Origin: Octopus bimaculoides
Lineage: Eukaryota
Assembly: GCF_001194135.2 (NCBI RefSeq)
Contig: NC_068983.1
Span: 99,009,454 to 99,073,453, forward strand
DNA length: 64,000 bases
Direction: 5' to 3'
Made by a program: the position numbers and the translations under genes. Each line of letters starts with the position of its first letter. Position 1 is the first letter of the stretch. Positions 11,767 through 24,522 of this stretch are shown here, one piece after another. Below the pieces are notes generated by a model. That model was not told where the DNA came from and did no database searches. It was given only the letters and a program-made list of their open reading frames with translations.

Positions 11767-11806
<40 letters not shown>

Positions 11807-14396
11807 GACAACAGACAGATACACACAGTTGTTCAAAAGTCCTTTTAGCATCTAAATGATATGTATTTTTTTTTTATTTTGTTACAATTTTGTTTTTATA
11901 TATATTTAATACTATCTTTACTATTTTGTTCTGAATACGTTTTGATATAATATGTATAAATTGTTTGATATATTTTAGAAAAATATTAATATCAAAATAT
12001 GAGAGAGACTATTCATTGTCCTAAGAATGGCACCATCTAATAATTGTAATACTGTTCAATTGTTTGAGAATACCTTGTTGAATTTCCCAGGGTGGTCCAG
12101 GCAGTTAGTTTATATTAATACTAAAGGGACTTTTAAATCAGCCTTCACACACATATATATATACACAAAAGGAAAAAATGGATCAAAGGTCCTTCCCAAG
12201 CCATAGGCTCATAAGGCTGGTTTCCCAGATTCTGTGGGATATATACCCCCTCCCCCAACCATTGGATGGGATGCTGGTCCATTGCATGATTTTTCATTCT
12301 GTCAGCTGAGTAAACTGGAGCAGTGTGAAATGAAGTGTTTTACTCAAGAACACAATGCAATGCTTAATCTAGGAACTGAAACCACAATTTCAAGATTATG
12401 AATGCAACACTCTTAACCACTAAGCCACATGCTTCCACAAACACACACACACTCGCATACATACGTATATATGAAATCATCTAAAATAGAAAATATAAGC
12501 AGAACCTCTCATGAGAGTCAAAATATATGCTCGTTAGCAGGTCATGTGCCTACATTACACTTAAGAAATCCTGAGCAAATTAATCAGTCACAATAGCACT
12601 TATATACAACAGGATGTGAAGTTGCGTGGCTTAGTGGTTAGGGTATTCACCTTACAATCATAAGGGCGTAAGTTCAATTCCCGGCGATCGTTGTGTCCTT
12701 GAGCAAGACACTTTATTTCACGTTACTCAGTCCTCTCAGCTGGCAAAAGTGAGTGGTACCTGTATTTCAAAGGGCCGGTCTTGTCACACTCTGTGCTATG
12801 CTGAATCTCCCTGAGAACTATGTTAAGGGTACATGTATTTGTGTAGTGCTCAGCCACTTGTTCATTAATTCCAGAAGCAGGCTGTTCTGTTGATGAAATC
12901 AACTGGAACCCTCATCACCATAACTGATGGAGTGCCAGTTAGAAGAGGAAGAATGTACTGTGGAAGCAGGACAGCTTCAGGTGGGTTGGTATTAAAAGAA
13001 TTAAATATATAACATTTCTAAGGAAACCTAAGACATTAAAAAATTGGACAGATTATCTCATAGGAATTGTACCTCATATCTATGGAAGGCTGCACTTTTT
13101 TCTGTGTGTGTGTGTGTGTGAGTGGGGGGAGCATGTGGTTTAGTGGTTAGGGTGTTGGATTCATGATCATATGATTTTGGCTTAGATTCCTGGACCAGGT
13201 GATGCATAGTTGTTCTTGAACAAAACACTTCATTTCACATTGCTCCAGTTCACTCAGCTGGCAAAAATGTGTAATCTTGCAATGGACTAGAATCCAATCC
13301 AGTGGGGGAATATATACACCACAGAATCCGGGGAAATCAGTCATTTGAACCTATGGCTTGTGAAGGACCTTTGATCCTTTGGGTATGTATGTATGTGTGT
13401 ATGTATGTATGTATATATATATATATATATATATNNNNNNNNNNNNNNNNNNNNNNNNNNNNNNNNNNNNNNNNNNNNNNNNNNNNNNNNNNNNNNNNNN
13501 NNNNNNNNNNNNNNNNNNNNNNNNNNNNNNNNNNNNNNNNNNNNNNNNNNNNNNNNNNNNNNNNNNNNNNNNNNNNNNNNNNNNNNNNNNNNNNNNNNNN
13601 NNNNNNNNNNNNNNNNNNNNNNNNNNNNNNNNNNNNNNNNNNNNNNNNNNNNNNNNNNNNNNNNNNNNNNNNNNNNNNNNNNNNNNNNNNNNNNNNNNNN
13701 NNNNNNNNNNNNNNNNNNNNNNNNNNNNNNNNNNNNNNNNNNNNNNNNNNNNNNNNNNNNNNNNNNNNNNNNNNNNNNNNNNNNNNNNNNNNNNNNNNNN
13801 NNNNNNNNNNNNNNNNNNNNNNNNNNNNNNNNNNNNNNNNNNNNNNNNNNNNNNNNNNNNNNNNNNNNNNNNNNNNNNNNNNNNNNNNNNNNNNNNNNNN
13901 NNNNNNNNNNNNNNNNNNNNNNNNNNNNNNNNNNNNNNNNNNNNNNNNNNNNNNNNNNNNNNNNNNNNNNNNNNNNNNNNNNNNNNNNNNNNNNNNNNNN
14001 NNNNNNNNNNNNNNNNNNNNNNNNNNNNNNNNNNNNNNNNNNNNNNNNNNNNNNNNNNNNNNNNNNNNNNNNNNNNNNNNNNNNNNNNNNNNNNNNNNNN
14101 NNNNNNNNNNNNNNNNNNNNNNNNNNNNNNNNNNNNNNNNNNNNNNNNNNNNNNNNATATAATACACGCTCACGTGGTCACACCAGCTAATCCTGTCTCC
14201 ATTCATCAAACACGAACTTCTGGATTCTACCTTCTTTCATTCTGGATTTATTCTTTCTGGACTGTTTTACTCTGAACTCTACACCCTCCGGCTGCACCTC
14301 TCCTACCCACGGATTACACTGGACCCATCTTCTGATTGGAAATCGCCTCAATATACCACGACGTCTAAAAAACTTTTGAACTTTTGACTCCGTATT

Positions 14397-14431
14397 CTTT
14401 CTGTTGATGGGCGTAGCTCGAAACGTTAAAG
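14397..14431 (+). ncRNA. Variant hammerhead-like motif (core CUGUUGA)
   Basis: CUUU-CUGUUGA-U-GGGC(GUA)GCUC-GAAA-CGUU-AAAG, inside a pyrimidine-rich repeat-like segment at 14160-14525. Confidence 0.4.
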
Positions 14432-15008
14432 ACTTTCTGTATTCCCGAACGTCAAACTAATACATCCTTTTGTTGTTTACACCACCTGTCCTCGTCTGTT
14501 GTTGTTTTTTTTTCGTACATTCTCCCATATATATATATATATATGTATATATACACATACATACATACAGACACACACACCAGGGACGCCGAGGTGGGCA
14601 AGGTAGGCAGGGCCTACCTTGAATAACATAGATTGATAGCAACATTTTCCTCTCATGGCAAAATATGCACATAATTCAATAAAATTATGAAGTTTGGTCT
14701 GATTACTAAGCATAAAATGCAAAAAGAATCATGTTTTTGTAGATTAGGTCGACTTAATTCGCCCCCTGCTTTTTAATCACAGTATTTAAGCTATGCATAC
14801 TACTGCTGTAGTACACATGCTGAGAACATTTCTACAATAACGTTTTCTTTACATGCTATAAAGGCAGAAATAGATCTGCCTACAACTGACTCCCGCACCT
14901 GTGTTTCGGTTATTTTTTGTGTATTTTCCTATATAAAGGTTGCCAACTGCCTATCCTGAGTAATTACTGACAGCATGTACCTGATATACACACACACATA
15001 TATATATG

Positions 15009-15071
<63 letters not shown>

Positions 15072-16217
15072 CTATACTATAATGGAGAAAGCTGCTTATT
15101 AATTAGGTATGTAACAATTACTAAAAGAAAGCAATATTAAAAGCTTGATCATCTGGAAATATTTATAAAAATTCATGTTCTAAGAAATTTCCTATAATTT
15201 TGATTTCTGAAGTTTATTGAATTTTTTTAACTTCAAATTCTCATAAATTTAGATATTCATTTCATTCACTACGGAGTAGATTTTAATGTTTAATAATGAA
15301 CATCATTAATTTGTTGCAGGCTACGTTTTTATTTGCAACAGTCTTTCATTCTCGCTCACCTCTATTTTTTATTAATGATAATTTAATAACAGCTATATAA
15401 CTTTGATACAAGACACAATTTCAAAAATATTATCAGTTTTCAGAGTTTGTTAAATGAATATTTTTGATAAAATGAAAATTTTTTAATATACTGGTATAAT
15501 TTTAAAGTTATTTTGTGTTTAATGACTGCATGCTATTATNNNNNNNNNNNNNNNNNNNNNNNNNNNNNNNNNNNNNNNNNNNNNNNNNNNNNNNNNNNNN
15601 NNNNNNNNNNNNNNNNNNNNNNNNNNNNNNNNNNNNNNNNNNNNNNNNNNNNNNNNNNNNNNNNNNNNNNNNNNNNNNNNNNNNNNNNNNNNNNNNNNNN
15701 NNNNNNNNNNNNNNNNNNNNNNNNNNNNNNNNNNNNNNNNNNNNNNNNNNNNNNNNNNNNNNNNNNNNNNNNNNNNNNNNNNNNNNNNNNNNNNNNNNNN
15801 NNNNNNNNNNNNNNNNNNNNNNNNNNNNNNNNNNNNNNNNNNNNNNNNNNNNNNNNNNNNNNNNNNNNNNNNNNNNNNNNNNNNNNNNNNNNNNNNNNNN
15901 NNNNNNNNNNNNNNNNNNNNNNNNNNNNNNNNNNNNNNNNNNNNNNNNNNNNNNNNNNNNNNNNNNNNNNNNNNNNNNNNNNNNNNNNNNNNNNNNNNNN
16001 NNNNNNNNNNNNNNNNNNNNNNNNNNNNNNNNNNNNNNNNNNNNNNNNNNNNNNNNNNNNNNNNNNNNNNNNNNNNNNNNNNNNNNNNNNNNNNNNNNNN
16101 NNNNNNNNNNNNNNNNNNNNNNNNNNNNNNNNNNNNNNNNNNNNNNNNNNNNNNNNNNNNNNNNNNNNNNNNNNNNNNNNNNNNNNNNNNNNNNNNNNNN
16201 NNNNNNNNNNNNNNNNN

Positions 16218-17467
16218 CTTGATGTAGGAAATGGTAACATTTCTGTTGAATAAAGCCTAGGTGAATTCAAAATCAAACTACCCAATGACCTTTGCTTTGA
16301 AAGTGGTACTTTTTCAGATCTATGTGATTTTGTATATACTGACCTCAAAAATAACTTCCCAAACCCTGAGTGGCTTGCAAACAGAACTATTGTTACTCCA
16401 ACAAATGAAGCAACACATTTTGTGAATGATCTTCTGTTGACCAGGATCCCTGGTGAGCTAAAAATATACAGAAGCTCAAATACAGTTGATAATGAAACTC
16501 TGTACCCAATTGAGTTCATCAACAAACTTACACCATCAGGGTTTCCACCACACTTTCTCAATCTGAAGAAAAAATTATGCATAATGCGTCTGTGGCACAT
16601 GCTACATCATTGTCAGTTTATATGATCATGTTATTGAGGTTGAGGTTGCTTCTGGTCCTTATGCAAGATCAACTCTACTAATCCCAAGAATACCACATGT
16701 GTCTCAATAAATGGAATTTCTATTCACATTTAAACGCAAACTGTCAAGCCAGCTTTTATCTTGACATGCAACAAGACACAGGGACAGACTTTTGAACAAA
16801 TTGGAATATATCTTCTAACACAATTCTGCTCAAATGGTCAGCTGTATGTTGCATTATCTAGAGTTCAAAAGAAGGCTAATATAAAAATATTAGCTGAGAG
16901 AAATGGAAACAGTATGATTACTAACAATTGTGTCTATAAGGAGATATTACTTTAAAGCAAAATATGCTTTTTAGCAAATTTCAGCAAATAGAATTCACGC
17001 ATAAAATCATATGTAAAGTAACATATATTTGTGTGGAATTAAATTGTTTTGGCATATTTCAACACATACCAAATGAATGATATCGTTATATTAGATTATT
17101 CTAAATTTGGGTATATTTGAAAAATTAAGGAAACGCCATTCCCATGTGTTCTCACAGCACCAGACTTTTGTGTGTGTGTGTGTGTATCCCTCCCTCCCCC
17201 TATCTATCTATTTATCTATCTATCTATGCTCAGTAAGTTCTATCAATTATTAATGATAGATATATATAACAGATTGACTCTTTAAAAAACAGAGATTATG
17301 ATTGTGATAAAATAATGAAAGCAATATTTACTGAGCAAGTGAGCACTAATATACAAAGAAATAATTAGATGTAAAATATCATAAAAATGGTTAGAACTGG
17401 GAATCAAATGTGGGAATATTATCGAGTGGCTAGCAGAAAACTGCCTGGAGGGTGGTCTTTCTGCTAG
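16218..17467 (+). mobile_element. Helitron 3' fragment: PIF1-like helicase remnant and terminus
   Basis: NRTIVTPTNE, YPIEFINKLTPSGFPPH, TCNKTQGQTF, SNGQLYVALSRV; terminal hairpin ending CTAG|T at 17467. Confidence 0.85.
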
Positions 17468-18010
17468 TATATATATTGTATCTGTTTGTGTATGTATTAC
17501 TATGTCAGTATGTGTGGTTGTATTTAAGTGAGAATCCTTTTAAATGGAGTACTACAAAATTCTCTTAAAGCCCTAATAAGGTTAAATAATATAGCATGTC
17601 TTTTCTGTTAGTCAAGTCTGTTATCTAATTACTGTGATCCCTTTAATCTTAAGTCAATTGTCATCCTACATTTTCTATAAATTTCAAGATGAGTCAAATA
17701 TTGCAGTTGATTATTTTGTTAATTTCATTAATGAAGTTTTATAGAAATGATCAATGCCACCTGTTATTGAGATGCTGAAGGGTAGCACAAAGATAATCTG
17801 TTAAATTGAAGTACAATTAAATCAAGAAATAAGTTTTAGCCAAGGAGACAGTTTAAGCTTCCTCATTTGGATTAATTAGGAGTTCTGAAATCTGTAAATC
17901 TTTGAAACAATAACAATTACATTTTGAAGATGTTTCAGCATTTTAATCTCATCAAGACCCAACATTATAGTTATATATATTGATTTAACTGCTCAACTAT
18001 TCATCTAATG

Positions 18011-18220
18011 CAAGGGTTGGTGAACCAGGGTAAATTACCCCAAGTGGGGTTAAAATGAAATTCTCATGGGTAATGAGGACTCATTAGACATAAGTAAAAT
18101 TATATAAAAAATGTATTCCATGTTATCTATGATTTTCTTTCATTTGAATCAAGGGGTAACATTAGCGTAAATAAATATATTTTGGAGTAATTGGTTAAAA
18201 AAGCTCCCCAAACCTGCCTG
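18011..18220. mobile_element. Second hAT-like MITE
   Basis: caagggttggtgaac...ctccccaaacctg; flanks atctaatg/atctaaca, both derivable from atctaacg by CpG decay. Confidence 0.5.
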
Positions 18221-18299
18221 ATCTAACACACGAGACCTAATGCATCTGTACACCAGATATTCCCTGCTATACTTATGCTGTACAGATGTAGAGTCTATT

Positions 18300-18770
18300 G
18301 ATCCTGCTACTCATCACTCACATCTGGATCTCAGTAGTAAATACTTCCAGTTGTTTCAGCTCAGGGTCTCTCCTCACCTGAGTTCTTATGTCACTGTTCC
18401 ACAAAATCCTCCAACCAGCATCAGTTACTGACCATCTCATTTCTTATAGGGAAGACAACTCCTTAATATCACCTATCTCTGAAGCCATCATTCTAAGAGA
18501 CTTTGATGGACACAATTCTATTTTGCTTTCACACTTCTGCAATATTGCTGCTGCAGAAAGTGAATGTTTTCGCCACTCTCAAATGTTTGTATTACTTGTA
18601 TGTATCCACTCCTATCCCTGTTCCTGACAAATGTACCAACACATAAACTGCCCTTGATCTCTCTCACACCTTCAAAGCCAGTTAGCACCATCTCTGCACC
18701 AAATGGATTCTCTGATCACTGCATTATTATTGATTTCATCACATTTTTAATGTCCACTTTTCCATGCTCA
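18300..18770 (+). mobile_element. Degenerate APE-endonuclease fragment of a non-LTR element
   Basis: IILRDFDGHN (cf. GDFNAH) and APNGFSDHCII (cf. SDH motif), split across frames. Confidence 0.55.
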
Positions 18771-19355
18771 CATGGATTGGACAGAGTTTATTGAGGCAGA
18801 TTTTCTAAGAGGGATGCTCTTCCTGTTATCAACCCTCATCTGTTTTCAAGTAAGGTGATATTTCCCCATGGCCAGACATGTTTTTGCAGAATATTGAAAA
18901 TTCAATTATGACAATCACATGATGTCAAGACAAGGAGACACAAACATTCTCACACATACACATGTACGCACACACACACACACAGATACACATACATATG
19001 ACAGGATTCTTTCAGTTTCTGCCTGCCAAATCCACTCACAAGGCTTTGGTCAGTCAAGAGCTCAAGGCTGTAGTAAATACTTGCCCTAGGTGCCATGCAG
19101 TGAGACTGAACCCAAAACTACATGAGGCTGGAAAGCAAACTCCTTAACCACATAGCCACATCTGTATCAGCTGATGTTACATACTTAACAGTTACATACT
19201 TAACAGTCACTTACTACAAAACATTCACCCCATCAATTCTAACCCTCTGGATGGATCCCAGCCTGTTCTATACTGATTATCCTTAGCAGTAAATGTGTTA
19301 TACCCCACTTCCACTTTATTTACATGCAGGTATGTTAGTGTGTGAATATATAAAT

Positions 19356-19610
19356 CAGTGTTTCTCAACCATTTTTTACCTGTGGACCCCTTTGATTCCT
19401 ATTTTACTCTACTGGACCCTGTTAGCCATTCTATGTTTAAAAAAATCATATATTTTCATAATTGAATATTATTAGGAAATGTATAACAAAAAATTGTTAA
19501 AATATTTTGTGAATTGTAGAAGTACAAGCAATTCTATTGCACATAAATTTTAACAACAAAATCTTATATGGATCCCCAAGGGTTGTAGGGACCCTGGTTG
19601 AGAACAGTTG
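19356..19610. mobile_element. hAT MITE of the same family
   Basis: cagtgtttctcaacc...ggttgagaacagttg; TSD atataaat/gtataaat (7/8). Confidence 0.8.
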
Positions 19611-20842
19611 GTATAAATGAACCATAATACCACTGTGTGAATGCTTATATTTTTTGCTGCTGAGTCAGAAGAAGGGTAGTGTCCATGAACTTTTTCAGAG
19701 TCTCCAAAACTGATGTGAGGAAGGGGAAATTATCTTCAAACTGGAGACCTAACTCAAATGCTTTCAGTAGAGTTGACTGAACTAATTAAGCCTACCCAAC
19801 AAGAAGTATTAAATGTCAGCTAAACAGGTGACCAAAATCCTCTTCTTGAGCATGTTCTTCCTTCCACAATCTTCTTACAACCATAGTCCATAACTGCAGG
19901 ACATCTACCAATCTGTTGCTCTCATTTCTAAAACTCAAAGGTTAAGGATATTGATGCTATTAATTACCATCGTCACTTTGAGATCCTTTCCTTTCTCACT
20001 TATCACATGGAACCATGACAACTGGAGATATACTCCTATGACATTCACCTGTGAGAAATTAGGCAAAAGCAATGTTTTCACACTTGATTAGCATATGAAA
20101 AATTTCTAGTCAAGTTACCCTCCTGTTGTGCGCATTCCATTTCTTATTTCTTGGATGAGATGCTTCATGTCAGTTCTACCATTACAATATATAGTGAAAG
20201 GGCCCTCTTTGATCACTTTCTTATCTATTCTACTGTATTTCAAGTTTCAGTAATGTTTATTTGATTGTTGTTTTTTTATATTAACATAACAAATACTTGT
20301 AAAATAATATATATTAGTGACAGAGGCAGTAGTAATACTGATAGGTAATATTAAATGTGGATGTTCTGTTAGAACAAACCAAACTGCAGCAGATATCACA
20401 AGGGAAACTCTCATATTGGCTTTTAGTGCAAAATGCATGCTTGTTTATATAACTAGAAGGGAGATACAAATACTAGGTAAATATTCAAGATAAATAGGCT
20501 TTAACTACTTTAACCCATTAGCATTCAAACTATATCCAGCTCAAATATTCTACCTGCTTTACATCCAAAGTGGCCAGATCCAACCTCTCATACCTACTCT
20601 ACAAGATTATTTTTAAAATAAATAATCACATCATTGAAATCTCAAAGCTACAAAATAATGCATTATTAATTTTTTTAAATATGAATAAATAAGCGTTACA
20701 TTTGACAGAATAATCTGAATGCTAAAGGGTTAAATTGTACCTACCCACAATAGATATAGCAGTAAACCATAATAATATAAGTCTTACATGCAAAAACTAG
20801 TGAGTTGCTCCCTGCCAAATTAGATTACAAAGTAAGACTTAC

Positions 20843-20943
20843 CCGCAGCAAAAGTAGAAAATTACTGCAGAAACGATAACTATGATGAGAATCAAGCAGA
20901 CACAGACTATCAGAACGATGATGATCTTCTCATTTTCCATTTC
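20843..20943 (-). CDS. Exon A of an unidentified single-pass membrane protein: (E)MENEK-IIIVLIVCVCLILIIVIVSAVIFYFCC-G (transmembrane exon)
   Basis: Acceptor ttttaatatgttatcttattattgcag|GAAATGG and donor TGCGG|gtaagt. 101 nt, ends in phase 2, which matches exon B (GG+A = Gly). About 27 hydrophobic residues. Confidence 0.85.
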
Positions 20944-22444
20944 CTGCAATAATAAGATAACATATTAAAACCGATGACTTTGGAAACAATGACAAGCATA
21001 AAACATGGTGCTCTATCTATCATGATAATTATATAAGGAAGAAAGAAAATTATATAAAAACTGTTCATGGAGATGTGATGTAATAAGAAAGCTATTAAAA
21101 TTATTTCAATTTTAAATGTCAAGTCTTTTTTTTTATTTATTTGTTTATTTTCTGAAAGCTATTATATATTTGTCAAATAATCCGAGTTACTGTCCAGTTA
21201 TGGTTTATCTTCTTTGCCTTGTCATTGAATACTAAATTACTACAGTATATCAAACTATTGTTCATGTATATTCACCAACTGGCAGAATGTACACAGTGAA
21301 AATCAGTGGAAACAAAAATGTGAAGCATCTGAGTGGTCACTTGCCCTTCACCTTGCTAAAAATATCAGCTAAATCTCTCTAAAATTACACCCTAGTATCT
21401 TAACAAAACACACACACACACTGGATAATATATTCCTAAATGTCTTCTGCCTTTTAGTACCAGGCTTAAAAAAAAAAAGTACGTACTAAGGTTGGTTCAT
21501 TCAACTAAAACCCTTCAAAGCAGTGCAATGGCAAGTATAACATGATTCACAATTGAACGTACTGTGTTACCCAGGATCAGTGATGAATGAATCAGTAATA
21601 AACAAGCACAGCCGTATTTGTAAATGACTTATTTAATCAAATCATTGGTTATTCCGAAATTGTTTACAGTGTAATGTGGTTGGTGAAGGTGCATAACTCA
21701 GTGGTTAGAGTGTTGGACTCCCAGACCAGGCTGTGTGTTGTGTTCTTGAGCAAGACACTTTATTTCATGTTGCTCCAGTTCACTCAGCTGTAGAAATTAG
21801 TTACAATGTCCCTGGTGCCAAGCTGTATCATGCTTTGTCTTTGCCTTGGATAACATCACTGGCATGGAGAGGAGAGGCTGGTATACATGGGAAACTGCTG
21901 GTCTTTCATAAAGTGGACTTGTGCCTCAGAGGGTAACTTTCCAAGTGCAATCCCATGGTCATTCATGATTGAAAAGAGTCTTTACCTTTTACCCTAATGT
22001 GGTTGATATTAGGAAGGGTATCCAGCAGTAGAAACCATGTCAGAAATGACATTAGAACTTGGTGCAGCTTTGTGGCTCACTGGATCCAATCAACCAACGC
22101 CAACATAGAAAACAAATGTTAAATGATGATGTTGATTATGATGATGTTGATGTTCCTTATTTAACTCTTCCAAAAAACTTTTCTTATGTCAAATCCCATT
22201 AGTGAGTACATAAGCAACATTTTTATCATTACTTCTATGCAAATTAGCCTCTTACCTAATGATCAGCCACTTAACAATTGAACATTCAGAACTGAATTGT
22301 TAAATTGAGATATTCCTGTATATAACACATCAACAAACTTATAGAGCACTGTGTTCATCTTCATCTTGGTGGTATTCATTCTTTTGAGCTTATTCCGGAC
22401 TTTCACTTAATAGAGTTCATTTGTAATATCTACCTTTTCTACGT

Positions 22445-23900
22445 GTGTTCATCATCATCATTTAACGTCCGCTTTCCATGCTGGCATGGGTTGGACGGTT
22501 TGACTGAGGACTGGTGAGCCAAAGGCTGCACCAGGCTCAATCTGATCTGGCAAAGTTTCCACAGCTGGATGCCCTTCCTAACGCCAACCACTCCGAGAGT
22601 GTAGTGGGTGCTTTTATGTGACACTGGCATGGGGGCCAGTCAGGCGGTTCTGGCAACAACCACACTCAAAAGGTGTTTTTTACACGCTACCTGCATGGGA
22701 GCCAGTCTTGGCGGCACTGGCAATGACTATGCTCGAATGTTGTTTTTCACGTGCCACCGGCACATGTGCGGTAAGCCGACACTGGCAATGATCACGCTCG
22801 AATGGTGCTTTTCACATGCCACCAGCACGGGAGCCAATCCGTGGCCCTGGCAACGATCACACTCGGATGTGCTTTTAAAGTTCCACTGGGACGAGTGCCA
22901 ATCAGGCGGTACTGTCATCAGCCATGTAAGTGATTTTGATTTGTTTTCACTCGCCTCAATAGGTCTTCGCAAGCAAAGTTCATTGTCCAATGTTTATAAG
23001 TGGGCTGGTTACACCCACTGGCATAGGCCATGGGCCATGGTTTCACTTGGCTTGTTGGTTCTTCTCAAGCACAGCATATTTCCAAAGGTCTTGATCACTA
23101 GTCATTGCCTTGGAAAGGCCCAATGTTCAAAGGTCGTGCTTCACCACCTCATCCCAGGTTTTCTTGGGCCTACCTCTTCCACAGGTTCCCTCAACTGCTA
23201 GGGTGTTACACTTTTTCACACAGCTGTCCTCATTCATTTGCAACACATGACCATACCAGTACAGTCGTCTCTCTTGAACACCACATCTGATGCTTCTTAT
23301 ATCCAACTTTCCTCTCAAGGCGCTTACACTCTGTCGTGTATGCAAGCTTACGCATGTCCTCACCAGTCACAGCCCATGTTTCACTGCCATGTAGCATGGT
23401 GGTTCATACACATGCATCATACAGTCTACCTTTTACTCTGAGTGAGAGACCCTTTGTCACTGCAGAGGTAAGAGCTCTCTAAACTTTGCCCAGGCTATTC
23501 TTATTCTAGCAGCTACACTTTCAGAGCAAGCACCCTCGCTACTGACTTGGTCCCCTAGGTAACAGAAGCTATCAACTAATTCTAGTTTTTCTCCCTGGAA
23601 TGTGACAGGAGCTGTTCTCTGCACATTTTCAGTGTTTATAGCACCTGAGTATTTGCCACAGACAAATACTATCTTCCCAGTTAGCTTCCCTTTGATATTG
23701 CTGCACCTCTTATGTGTCCATAGCTTAGACTGGGTACATATTTTGGAGTTTCTACCTATGCCTTTTCTATAGATCGAGCAGGGTCATCTACCTGAAGGGA
23801 TTTGTGTTTTGTGTGCCTTCCTACTTATTAAGACTTTGGTTTTAGCGAGGTTGACTCTAAGGCCCTTCAATTCTAATCCTTGCTTCCACATCTGTCAACA
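22445..23900 (-). mobile_element. 5'-truncated RTE-clade LINE (ORF2 C-terminus, 3' UTR, (GAT)n tail)
   Basis: Peptide RRLYWYGHVLQM...VEGTCGRGRPKKTW; tail gcatggaaagcggacgttaaatgatgatgat; frameshifts and stops. Confidence 0.85.
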
Positions 23901-24479
23901 CGGAAATGTCATATCATGTGTACTATGATAAATCTTGTTGCTATTATATTGATTTATTAACAAGCAGAGAACGTAAATAAAACCAAGTTGTTATGTGTTT
24001 TTATCTAATCTACAGTGTATTTACAATTACCCATAACTAAACAACAACAACAATAACAAAATGGATTTCCACAGTTAAATGATTTCTTCACTATACTAAG
24101 AGCTGAAAATAAAAGTAAAGTTTTAAATTTGCACAAGATACATTTTCTTTATACTTCATTCTTATTTGTTACTTAACCTTTTCATAATAAAACTTGCCTA
24201 CAAACTTTCCTCGAAAATGTTATAAGTCTCAAAACTCTATCAACATAATTGACAGTGTCTCACTACCACTCTCTGTTTGTCCATCCCATGAAGGGAGATA
24301 ACTTTTATGTTATTGTGAAATATATTTGCTACCTAAATGTGGTTAACCCTTAAGGGTTGATGCTACTGTAGCTTGTAGCCCCAGGAAGACATCTCCAGCT
24401 GGCTATTGACACACTTTCTGTGCCCTATCAGTATTTGCAAAGGGAAGTCATCTTTCCCATCTCCAGCCTGACATGATAT

Positions 24480-24522
24480 ACACGGACCCAAGTTTCTGGG
24501 TATTGACCCGTCATCAGCATGT
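24480..24522 (-). ncRNA. Minimal type-I hammerhead ribozyme motif
   Basis: ACAUG-CUGAUGA-C-GGGU(CAAU)ACCC-A-GAAA-CUUGG-GUC-CGUGU. 5-bp stem I, C.A mismatch closing stem II. Confidence 0.6.
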
